Assembly: GCA_004022145.1 (NCBI GenBank)
Contig: RCNU01000003.1
Reading direction: 5' to 3' (one strand)
Origin: Paecilomyces variotii
Taxonomy: Eukaryota
DNA length: 64,000 bases
In this document: positions 12,223 to 23,947 of the stretch, in pieces
Position numbering within the stretch: the stretch's first letter is position 1
Layout of the letters: each line of letters opens with the position of its first letter
Notes under the pieces: generated by a model
What the model saw: only the letters and a program-made list of their open reading frames with translations
Told to the model about the DNA's origin: nothing
Databases searched by the model: none
Position numbers and translations under genes: made by a program

Positions 12223-14041
12223 ATGCTGAGCGAATTACCTAGAGTCACTTAATTTTGCTTTATGACCGATGGTTATTCACTTCGATAGCTGTGTTTCTTC
12301 ACTCAATATCAATATGTAATAGGTTAAACCATGGATAGCATAATAATATTGTCAAACTGGTTGTGTCATAATTTCTATACTAACGTTATTTTCGTGATCT
12401 GTAGTATTCTATCGCCTGTGTAGAAGAAATTTAGAAAACTATGAGAACATAGAATGAATAAGTAGGTGGTGAGGAATCAGCTGGTATTGGATCCAGGTAG
12501 GCCTTGTCCCGAATTTGCTTTAGCAATAGCTTGAGCAAATCTATTCAAGATCTTTGGTGTATCATGTTTTCCCAGGATGACCTCAAGAGGCTGTGACTTC
12601 TCACAGAGGAGGTGTCGATGCGTTGCTTTTTTGGTATCTTGTTTAGAAGTTGGAGGCTGGGCTGTTGGGGGTGTTGTGCTGTGCTGATTTCCACTTTAGG
12701 AAGTTAGGATACTTAGCGCGGGGGGAAGTAAAAAATAAATTTAACGGTCAGAGGCGAAGGATTAAGCATAGCCACGTGTCGTCGATCCATAGCCCCAGCC
12801 ACGTTTGATCTTCGTATACGACGGTACTAGGAGAGAGACTAGCTATCGGCCCCTATGTCTCAACAGTATTGGACAATGCACATAGTTTGGAGGCTTATTC
12901 TTGAATCTTTCATGCCCGCCCTCATCAATACTATCGAGAGATCATTGTAGTCAAAGACATGCAGATCTTGCACTGAGATTTAGGAACAGTGATAATAGTT
13001 TTGTACGATCGTTAATAACCAATGATAGAGATGTACTGTTGGTATTTTCAGACTTATTCCCGTCGATAGATGTAGCCGCTACAATATTATTACTTTCCAA
13101 AATCGGTCTACATAGCTGAGCTGAACTTCGGAACCACTATTTTAGCTTTCGAAGCAAATAAAACAACTAACTATCAAGACTCGAGAGCCTCAGAAGATAT
13201 GGATAACTCGTTCACAGATCTATTGGGTGTCCCTTCGATTCCAAAAGAGAGCTCCGCTACCAGTATACGGCAAGAAATATACTTAATATTGCATCTCAAG
13301 TGAATATAATTTGGTTTATAATGCGACAATTAGCACCTTTGAGTATCAGCCGACAGGCTCTAGGCCTGACCCTCGCTACCACGTATGAGGTACGGGGTAG
13401 GCGAGGTCGGGACCAAGAGTTAGTTTAGATGATACCTGAATTAGTCGCGTTTAGCTCGCAGGAAGCTAAATTTGGGGGTGGCTAAGTTACTGAGGTAAAA
13501 ACTATTTTCACCCGAAACGGGTTGTTTCACGACATAAGGTTGGGGGCCGACAAACTAGCCCTGGTTACAGCGCATAATCTCTGACCAGGCACGTTCTAGT
13601 GAGGATAACTAAACAGCAGATTAAGCATCATGTTTAGTTTTCTTCTCGACACTAGCATTTAGAATGTCGATCATTGCTTATACCCGAATAATGTGGATGA
13701 AACTAGATCTTCATCTTGGATCCTGCAGAATATAGCCAGCTGCTAACATTCGGCCCCCAGCCCCAACATGACCAATAACGCCGCGAGCTGAGAAAATCCA
13801 AAATCCTTCGATTTGTTCCATGGGGCAGATAATGATTCTATACTTGGTCATGACAGATCAATACACAGCTGATGTGCCAGACTATAAATATACCGGTTTT
13901 CCTGCGACTACTTGTTAACTTTCAAGCTCTGTCAAACATACAAAAAGGCGAATAACAATCTCCTTATCTTGCGACAGAATCTCATCATTCCACGAAAAGT
14001 CCTTCAGAAGTCTTCATTACTCCAAGTTTCCTTCCGCCACA

Positions 14042-14310
14042 ATGTGTCTCCTCGCAGCGCTTGGTGCCCTCGTCAAGTCCAGAAGCGCATACAAGGACGC
14101 GACTTCCGGGCCATCACCGCAGCCAACCAATCCATCTGGACACAGCAGAAGGGGAAGACGTTACCAGTCTGATGTCGAGAAGTACGGGTACGAAGTAGCG
14201 GAGCGGAATTATCAGAGAAGGGCTGCTGCTGCGTAAGTGCTCATGCAGAATTTCGTATATAATCGCCTAGGCGAAGTCTCTAACATTTCCTGGTCATCAG
14301 ACGACAGTGA
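14042..14310 (+). CDS. Putative small basic protein (64-66 aa), unknown function
   Basis: TATAAATA at 13883, ATG in CCACAATG context, canonical intron 14233-14300 (GTAAGT..CTAAC..CAG). Splicing gives 66 aa ending AAAARQ*. Confidence 0.45.
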
Positions 14311-15430
14311 AGAAACCTTGCAGATGAAAGCCACGTTTTATAACTTCCGATTATATGAGGACAAACTCCTGCTGTTGGAATTCGGTTTATAAAGTGATGG
14401 AAATTTTGGTACGCTGTCTGAACAAGAAACATGATGGATAGATGGGGAGTCGGTGTTTATTTTGTGTGTTTTTATTGAGCGTTTTGTGCTATGTTGTCTC
14501 TTTGGAAATGGGTTATATAGTGATGCTGTTCATTCTACAAATGACAGCTAGAGCATTTTCCATGATTTGCCGAAGTATATACATACTTATACTTTATCTT
14601 CACCATTTGTCATTAGAATATTCCTTTCGAGGACGTGTAATTGGGACCGCTCTTTATGTTTATCATTTTACAGACCAGCATTTTCGCCTAGATAAGAGAT
14701 AATTTTAAACTCTATCCAGAGCTATCCATCTTTTCCAAATGTACAAAGCTACTGGCGTCTCACGATTTGTCTTGTCAATAGAATTGTATACTCGAAAACT
14801 GCACGGTACATTTCTCTATATTGATAGAGCAAACCTATATTATATTCATCACCACCAATAGGCTTCTTCTCGAGTTCTCCTTGGTATATTATTACTCTTT
14901 CAATCCGCCAATTAGTCTCCCTAGTCGACAATGACGCATTTTCTCGGGCACCTTTATAACTATCTGCAATACGGGGTCACTCTGTAAAAGATATCCAGGA
15001 CGCCTTTCTAGGTAGTTGATTAAAACCTTCATTCACCGATTGTAAAAACCTCTCATTTTTGGATCATCTAAGGTAGACTCTAGGCAAAAAGCACGTGAGC
15101 TGCTCGCTTGGTCGAGCTAAGTATGATATGATTGTAGTGATTGTGAATGTAGGCAACTGCCGCTATATAGGTAGTGATAGCATCCCACTTAATGGAATGT
15201 GACGTTACCGTAGAGTAACCTCCTCCACAGCCATCTTCAATGAGATCGTCTTTCAAGATCGTCAAAACATCGAGTATATAGTCCCCTTCATCAGTTTTAT
15301 CCTCTTGACTGACTGGAGCATCCACAGTCCTCGGGTTTAGCCTGGCGTTGCCATCACATATCAGCGTTGCTAAACTCATCGGGATTCTATATCACATATT
15401 AATTGTCTTCATCTCCATCGATCATCGGCT

Positions 15431-16560
15431 ATGGCCCTTCTGGTAGAAGCGAAGAATGGTCATGACATATCTCCCTTTGATGCTTTCCCCACCCCGGATA
15501 AGACAGATGATCTTACGGAGAAGGTGCGGATGATTTCTCTTGCGAATCCTATGCCAAAGAGCCCTTAACTGAAGGCGAAGATATAAACTGAGACGAGGAG
15601 CTGGTTGCCAATGGTGGTATCAAAGATCACAGTCTCCTCGAAGAAAACGGATTTGAACCCATCTGGATAGAGGAATATAGTTACCCTGGAACCCCACCCC
15701 CCCGGATATTAGGAGTATTTGTCCTCATCTCTAGTAAGTACTACCTTGTCCATGTTTAGGGTCTTATCACTTCTAAGAATAGTTTTGACTGGATTAGATA
15801 GGAGTTTTCCAAATGATCGGTTCCATCAGAAGCATGTTCTGGCTTTTTGGTTGAACTTGTCGATGATCCGGCATGCCGTCCAAACGATGAGACTGTCCTG
15901 GTGACTCGCGGCGTTGGTCCTGTGGGTTTTCTGATGGGCCCTTATTGTGACGAAAACAAGATTCCATTATATATATATATATACAGGAGTCCTACGACGT
16001 GTCCACACATTGCATTGCGGATCTCTACCCGTTCAACCGTCCTCAGACTTTGCCGGAGAATGTCCTATGTTTAAAAGCAAAAAGCCAAAAGAATGTTGAC
16101 AAGACTATATGCCACTCGAGGAGGAAACTAGGCGAAAGCCTGAACGCCGATAGTGATAAACTTTGGTTTCGAGGACTGAGCACGGTACATTTCTATGATC
16201 CTTTTTGCACCGGTCATCAGCGACAACGCCAGCGGCAATTTGTTTGGTCCAGACATCTATACCGCGAAGGATTTTCAAACTGCGGAGAACTACGCTCATG
16301 CGAACGGTGCTGTGATGGTTTTCAAAGACCCTGACTTCCGAGGCCTTGATGTCTGGCAATCTGACGTATCTGATTGGGGCTCTCTAATTGCTCACCGGCT
16401 ACAAACTCCACATCAATATATCAAAGTGCCGGAGAGCTACAAGAAGTCGGATAATATCATCGGACTACTTTCACTTGACGGGTCTAAAGTCCACACGATG
16501 TCAGTGGCATCTTCAAGGTCATCTGGATTCTCAGATGAACGAAGTTAGCAACACTGTATA
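15431..16560 (+). pseudogene. Decayed gene with ADP-ribosyltransferase-fold-like C-terminal domain
   Basis: Protein-like segments in shifting frames with stops: 'LLEENGFEPIW', 'LVELVDDPACRP', 'DKLWFRGLS', then a frameshift, then 'GNLFGPDIYTAKDFQTAENYAHANGAVMVFKDPDFRGLDVW'. The pattern RG..FGxGxY..AxxYA is typical of ART/DUF3990-like folds. Confidence 0.5.
15968..15983. repeat. (TA)8 microsatellite inside the decayed gene
   Basis: tatatatatatatata. Confidence 0.8.
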
Positions 16561-18917
16561 AAACTTGCGGGGCCCAATTGTTGGGCATGTAATACCTGGC
16601 AGCCACAAATCTGCCATGTGATTGCTCTCGAAGATACACAGGTGTGCTATGATCTAACTCTTCTATCTATCAAAATTGGGCTAACAAATTTCTTTGTTGT
16701 TGTAGACGGGACATATCTTCAAGTGTTCAAGGTGAATTGAATCACCTCGCTTACGGTTCACTGCCTTCATGGACTATCTATACCGCGTTCCTGTCCTGTC
16801 TCTTACTATCTCATCTTCTCCCACACACATTGCTTTCGATATCTTTGAGCTGGCTCATCTCTCACGTTGATGACACCTCCAGCAACCATCACGACTCACG
16901 ATGGACAAGGCTGCTTCTGCCTCTTCTGCCGACGTAAGTACTGATTCCTAAAACGTGTTATTATATTGTGTCCCGTTAAACAATGACGTTAGGATGTCTG
17001 CGAGAATGGCACAGCAGTGATGATAGAAGCTATCGTCGAATTCCTGCGGCAGCAGCCTGTCAGGCCGATGTATGGGAACAGGCAGGTCTATTCACTTTAG
17101 CTTTAAGGATTTCTCCCAGAACGCAGTGTCCTGTCGATGACCGTCAGCTTGTGAGAAAAGACCACGGTATGGCCTTGCAACGTCCGACAACGATAAATAA
17201 CCCTTATCCCTTTAAACTCGTGAGAAGCTTAACCACAGTACGGATGCAAGAGAGGAATCTAGGTGTTAGCCGATGCATACCAGAGCTTTCCTGACGATTT
17301 TTCCTTTGCTCGCGATCCAATCCCCTTCAGAAGAGAAGGATGATAAGTGGTTATTGAGATCTGTTCTTATGTCTGGACGAGTCTTTGTTGGCGCTAGCTT
17401 ATAGAAGTACTACTCTATCTATCAATAATAGTCCAATACTATGCATTACACGTCAATAATAATGACCTCTTGTTTAGTTCGTCGGACGTCCGAACAGAGA
17501 ATGTCCAACAGCTGTGCCAAGCTCCGAACAAGCGACAACTGTCGCAGAACATATTGCAATAGACGACTACTCTATGATATTAAGTCAACCATCCAAAGGC
17601 GATTATTATTATTATCATTCTCACCGTTTCCCATAGCTTCTTTGGGACTAGTATCGCGCGACAAGCTTCTCCAATCCCCATCTGTCATCAAGATAAGAAA
17701 AAAATCCCATGCGTGAAAGATAGACATGTGGGACTGCCGGGCATCCGATACACCAGTGAAGTTGATAAATTCGATTCGATTTTGGCTGTGACTTTTCGCG
17801 CTTTTCATTCTCGCGTACACACCTGGCATTAATAATTAGATACGCAAGCGCCAAGCCGAACACCACGTATGTCGGCCACGTAAGAGCATTGACTCCTATA
17901 CGCGGTTCTCCATTCGAGGTTCTTTTTGGGCTCTGCTAGATGCGGCTCTCGAGATCCTTTGGAGGTTTCACTGCAGCTATTGGTCAAAAAGATCAGGAAG
18001 ACATGTCAGGGTGCAATATTGGGACGACAATACACGATCTGGCCCGGCAAATGATAGTACTGCATTCGATCTGTTAAAAAGAAGAGAACGATGCCAAGAT
18101 GGCCAAGACTTATAGCTTGTAACGGCGTGTTTCTAGACAGCGGAACTGCCGACTGTGGCGCAAAACTCTCCCCGACTCAGGGGGTTTCCTGGAATCAGAG
18201 CCGGAGCACGAGTTCGCAGTTCGTCGTGAGATCTACCGTGTTGTCGAATGCTTTGAGCAACGAGGATCAGTCATTTTGGCAAAGATCGCTTTTTTATCTA
18301 CTTTGTTCGTTTCGTATGTCGCAATCGGATCTAATATGGTGTCAGCAAGATCGTAGTATATAATCAAAGATCTAGAAAACATATCTAACTTCAGGATCAG
18401 AAGAATGTAACTTACAAGCAAGCAACTATGCGAAACACTCTCCGCTAACTACCCCAGGAACTCCTGTCACAGGGATCACCGGGGTCTTGGCCCAGTCTCG
18501 CTATGAAGCCCTAGTTGGTTCAGAACCATTCGAACGACCGCCAAGCTCACGATGCACATCATAATCTTTATCTATCGATCCTCTATTAACGCCCGCTGAG
18601 GGTAGTATTGTGATTCCAGAACGCCTCCCAGAGTCTCAAGGCAGTCAAACTGTACGTTTCAGGGGGGAAAGCAGATCGTGTTTACCCTTTCTCCGCCTTA
18701 GCTCGGTGGAATGATCCAACGTATTTTAGGGAAGTTGTCGTATGCTCCACAGCCACAGTGGCCTCGCGGTGGTCATGGTCGTCGTTGTCGTTGTCCCCTT
18801 CCAGATTAGAACAAACAAGAGAGAGAAGAAAAAGGTTGCTTTTGCCTCGAGGCAAGGTCCCATTTAGATGGCTTCTTCATCCTCTTTCAATTCTTGCCTT
18901 TTCCATGTCCTAATATC

Positions 18918-21166
18918 ATGAATATGTCGTCCTCGCCGGTCCTTCTCTTGGTTTTGCGCTTCTACGCGCTTTTCTTTTGTTTCAATGTCGCACTTACTGC
19001 CGAGGTAGATATTACTACGGGCAATGACTTGATGTCCTTTGTCACGGTTAGTGTGGTCAATATGAGATGCTGCTTTTTTTTCTTTTTCTTTCCAGAAGAT
19101 GTTTCTGGTCGACGGAAATGTAGAATCTTTTCCTTGCTGATTCTAATGGACAATTACAGCGTCCGGATATCAAAGCCCCGCGGTATGAAGTGACAATCCA
19201 TGACCCGGATTCCATGACTTCTGGATACTGGTTCTCTGCGCCATACTCGGTGATCGATCCGGAAGCCCCGACGAGAAAATGGATGCCATGCCAGGTTGGC
19301 CCGCATATCTATGACGGAAATGGAGTATGTTCTTTCTTTGTTGTGTCTCCAGATATTATTACCCCCCCTGATTTGAAAAAGAAAAGGTGGTAAACAGAAA
19401 CTGACACAGCGCTCAGACACTAATCTGGTCCGGAGCTTGCCTCTTCGAGAACCGCAACGTCTTCGACTTCAGACCAGTGACAAATATCGACGATGAGGTC
19501 CACATGTCTTTCATCCTTCAGCATGCCTATCATGATGACAGCGTCAAAGGAAGTGGTATGATCTATGACCAGCACTATGAGCACGAAAAGATCGTGGGCG
19601 TGACCAACGATCTCTCTGCATTCAATATGCACGAGTTCAAAGTCCTCGAGGGTGGAAAGACGTCTCTGGCCTGTACGTACAGGCCCGAGAACGTGGACTT
19701 TGCGGATCTAGGCCGGCCAGGCGAAACTGGTGTGGTGATCATTGGGGGGTTTGAAGAAATCGACACTGCCACCGGCAAGGTGGTTTTCGAATGGAGCTCG
19801 AAGGACCATGTCTCTCTGAGCGAGTCAACGTTTGCTGTCCCAACGGATAGATTGCCCGGTGCGCCTGGATGGGATTACATGTGAGTGAATAATCCTTGGC
19901 TTTGTAGGAGGAAAAGAGCAACTTGATGAGACCAATTTACCTGACCACTCTCAAAACAGCCACGTTAACTCCGTCGATAAAAATGCCAACGGCGACTATC
20001 TCCTCTCCGCTCGATTCACAAACACCATTTACCTGATCTCCGGCCAGGACGGACACATCATCTGGCGTCTAGGCGGGAAGCAGTCTGATTTCGACCAGGA
20101 CTTCTCTTTCTACAGGCAGCACCATGCACAGTTCGTCCCATCCAAGGACAACGAAACCGTCATCTCGTTCCTCAACAATGCCTCCGACGAAGGTTCGCAA
20201 GAAGACACCATTTCCACGGCTCTCATCGTTCGACTAGATACCACTTCTATGACCGCGCGAGTCGTCAAGAGCTTCGATCGCCCAGACGGAGAACTCACTC
20301 GCCTCCGCGGCAACGTCCAGATCCTATCTAACCCAGGCGGCAAAGGGGATGGCAACGTCTTCGTCGGCTGGAGTCAGCAGGGTTACCATTCCGAGTTCAG
20401 TCCTGAAGGCAAACTTCTCATGGAGGCACGCTTTATATCCCCTCGTTTCTCATCCTACCGCACCTTTAAGCTCCCCAGCAACAACTTCCATGGCCGACCA
20501 GCCGAGCCACCCGCTATCAAATCCTTCGTTTACGCCAGCGCCAGTTCCTCAACCGTCACCGTATTCTACGTGAGCTGGAACGGAGCAACAGACGTCGCAT
20601 CATGGAACTTCTACGCACAAGCCCAAGACTCCAGCAACCGCGTGCTGGTAGGCAATGTGCAGAAAACCGATTTCGAAAGCATGTTCATGGCAGATGGCTA
20701 TCTCGACTGGGTATCTGCCGAAGCTCTCGACGCACATGGTAACACCCTCGGCTGGTCCGAGGTGCAACGCTCAAGCCTTCCAGAGAACTGGTCCCAATCA
20801 GGCCTCAGCTTGAATCCAGATGATCCCTCCGAATTAGCTTCTCTCGAAGACTACATTAACGACCAAATCGATGCCGAAGAAGAGGAGGAGGAAGAAGAAG
20901 AAGAAGACAGCTCCTACGGGATATTCGGCGGCTTTGGTGGATTTTTGATTTTCTTACTCCTCGTCGCTTGCTCCGTTACCGGCGTCGCTGTGGATGTATG
21001 GCTGGGCCGGACGCGCGAGGAAAAGCTGGAGCAGAAGCGTGATGCGGAGGCAGACGCAGCAGTGGCAGCGTGTGAGAGAGGTCAAGGATATATTCAATTA
21101 CCGTTCGATGAGGAAGTTTATGCGCTGAGCGATATGAGTCGGCGGAATAGTACAGAAAGTACGTGA
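18918..21166 (+). CDS. Arylsulfotransferase (ASST family), signal peptide plus C-terminal TM anchor
   Basis: Introns 19047-19159, 19325-19416 and 19881-19959 keep the frame. Motifs 'SFVT|RPDIKAP', 'GPHIYDGNG|TLIWSG', 'MHEF', 'WDYI|HVNSVDKNANGDYLLSAR', 'IIWRLGGK', 'QHHA', 'YVSWNGAT'. Then poly-Glu and a hydrophobic helix. Confidence 0.9.
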
Positions 21167-21207
21167 CATGATGGCATTCTTGTGTCTACTGTGCTTGCTT
21201 GCTTGTA

Positions 21208-21227
21208 ATGTATGTATGTATGTATGT
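21208..21227. repeat. (ATGT)5 microsatellite in the ASST 3' region
   Basis: atgtatgtatgtatgtatgt followed by T-rich tracts. Confidence 0.8.
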
Positions 21228-21994
21228 ACATTTTCTTCTTTTTTTCTTAGACATTTTCATTTTCATTTTTCTTTTTCTTTTTTTTTTGGATCATGGGGTC
21301 TGGGGACATCGGGCGGTACATCTGTATAGGGCGTTCAAAAACTCTGAAGAGTTCATACCATTATGTTTCTGGGTTTAACTTTTATGCATCGATTCTGCCA
21401 ATTCAACGCCAAGCTGCCTAACTAGTCGATATCCCAAAATTGTGTCGATGCGGACAGACAAACTAGGTGTAGCCATGATGATTTAGTCTATGCAGCTGGC
21501 CGGGAGATACGAGGAGTCGCAACGAACCCCTGTCGTCGACCGGTGATTTCCGGGAGGGTAACTAGAAGATAGTAAAGGGCCGATTAACTTAATGCCGGTA
21601 TTATTATTAATGAACCACACTAACTACGTACTTAATAATGAATAATAATCTAGGAAGGCTGACATGTCCATAACTGAGAAACTAACTGGCACCGGAAAGA
21701 GCGCGGATAGATAAAATGTAAATATTTACTGGAAATGGGTATACAACTGCGCGCTAAATACACACAAAACAAAATTCTGCCTCCAGCTAGCTCCCTCAAC
21801 GCCATTGGGAAAACAAGAATCCAAAAGGAGCAATATGGTTCATAAGGACAGAATGCAGTCAACTTCTCATGGAAAGGTGGATTACATACGTGAGGTGGTA
21901 ATTAACCAAATATCTTTTTTCGGACGTTCTTCGCAGTATGTTTCAAGATAGGGAGAGAGGGTGGTTGATTTATGATTCCGGCACCGCCCACGGC

Positions 21995-23947
21995 TCAGAT
22001 TGTGCTGGAAACGATCTCGTTCCAGAGCTCTTTGCCATATGGGTCACATAGACAGTCTAGCCATAGAACCTTCTTCATGCTCCTCTTCAGGTCATTCCAG
22101 CTGCGGATCTGGAAGACCGGGGCCAGACGGCGAAGAGACCGAATATACCACGCTCTAACTTCGCGATCGTCGGCGGTTGTGCTCTCGACGCCGCTTGCGA
22201 TGGCTCCCAGCACAAAAGCCCAGCGCAGGAGGTCCGGAGCTGCGTGCCAGCTTTTTTGGGGGTCGGATTCAGTGAGTGCGATGCGTACCAGCCGTCCAAG
22301 CTGGGCTAGAGGAGCATTCACAGGCGGGACGGGGAATACAGTTAGCAAGCTGTAAATCATGGTGGCAAGCCGACATGGCTCGTAGACCCGGTGCGTCTCG
22401 ACAAAGAGGGCGTTATGCGCGCATTCGGCAAGGGATGGCAGCGACATAAGACGGTGTTGGATGTAGTTGCGGCGGTCAGCCATGATGTGATCACCGGGAT
22501 AGTGCAATTTCCCCTTGTCGAAGAGGTCGATGACAATTGAATACGTGTGTATATCCTGGAGAATCTCTGCCAATTCCCCGGTTAGACCTGTCCGGACGTA
22601 CTGTTTAAAATCGCGAGCAGGACCGTATGCCGAAATTTGGGCAAGTACGTTCAGTGGCCAATCTGGTTGGATTGATCCTTTGTTAGTCTTAGCCAACGCT
22701 ACATAAGGGAGCACTGGCTTCGAGAGGCTCCTCGTTGCTAGCATTGCCCCGGCACTTTGTTTTTGTCTAGGTCAGCGAGTCTCCAAGAGCAGTCGTTATT
22801 GGGGACCACTTACAAGGAAAGTGTCTCTGCCAATCCTTCCATTTTTATTTTGTGTAGGCCGCCTTTCAGATGTATCACTTGCAGGAGACCAAGGATGTGG
22901 ACCTGATCTAGATCCAAGGAGCAATATACATCGAGCCATTGCAGTCTCCTGAGTGGCGATAAATGGGCTCGCCACGTGGGAGGAATCGTGGTGTTCTCGT
23001 ATCTGCTGAAGGCGACAGTCATGATGGCCAGGATAATCTCGTCAGTCAGTGCCTGGGACGGGTCACTGATAATGGCATTCAGACGTCGTATCGCCTCGTC
23101 TTCGACAATCATAATCTGAAGTCGTTCTTTCTTCTCCAGGGCAGGTGAATTCGGACGCTCCAGGCGCTTGCGGCCTTTCTCGTGAGTTGCCGTACCGTAC
23201 ATAATAGAGCTGAACAGCGCAGGATGATTGACGGCCAGAGGCAGCCAGAATTCCGACTTTCTGTCTTTGCCTCCTCCATCAGGAAGTATAGGGATGAGGC
23301 TAGGCAAGAGTTGCTCCGCAGCTGTTTATGCACCAGTTAGCTATAATCTCCCAGAGACGCCTATGTTTGTGTAAATGCGCATAATGTGGCTACAGTATCG
23401 AGAACTCACCATAATGTATAAGCCTGCGGGCCGCTCGCTCATCGAGGTCTGATGGATATGAAGCAAACAGGCTCGACACTCCAGCGTCTAGAGCCAACGC
23501 ATGGGAGTCCTGATGAACATTATCGATAGCCATAAGGTTGGTTCTTTGTTCCTCTTCTTCGTCAGGCTCCTTCTTCAATAGCGTCATGGACGATTCATCG
23601 AAGATCATGTCCACCGGGTGAGGATCATCATCGTCAGGTGGTGGTGTCAACACCGTCTGTCCATTTCCAACACTGCACGCAACTGCTGCTTCCCGGTGCC
23701 GGTTTGGGAGCCGGGTTGGGAGCGAACGTGACGAGTTTCCCTGCTGCTTGGAAGAACGGTCGACATTGCCCTTCTTCGAGCGAGCTTTGCTGGAAGTTGT
23801 TGTCTGACGACGCTGTTCCCAGATATACCGGCCTGCATTGGCGCGAATCAATGACCTGCTATCGGCCTTCTCTCCGGGCGCCGACGGGTCGACGCTCACA
23901 AAGTTGTATCCACGATCGGGATCTTTATTATCACCGCCAGAAGGCAT
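21995..23947 (-). CDS. Fungal TF-like helical protein (Fungal_trans_2/DUF3468-like) lacking a Zn cluster; 3 exons
   Basis: N-terminal 'FVSVDP..SRSLIRANAGRYIWEQRR'. Then 'WLPLAVNHPALFSSIM', 'EAIRRLN..LTDEIILAI', 'HILGLLQVIHLKGGL', 'YEPCRLA', 'LRWAFVLGAIA', 'VLWLDCLCDPYGKELW'. Introns near 23322-23409 and 22770-22813. Confidence 0.75.

Noticed and set aside
12470..12510. Minus-strand ACCTGGATCCAATACCAGC resembling the 3' half of a TPP riboswitch
   Set aside because: No CTGAGA motif or paired stems, and no thiamine gene or intron context.
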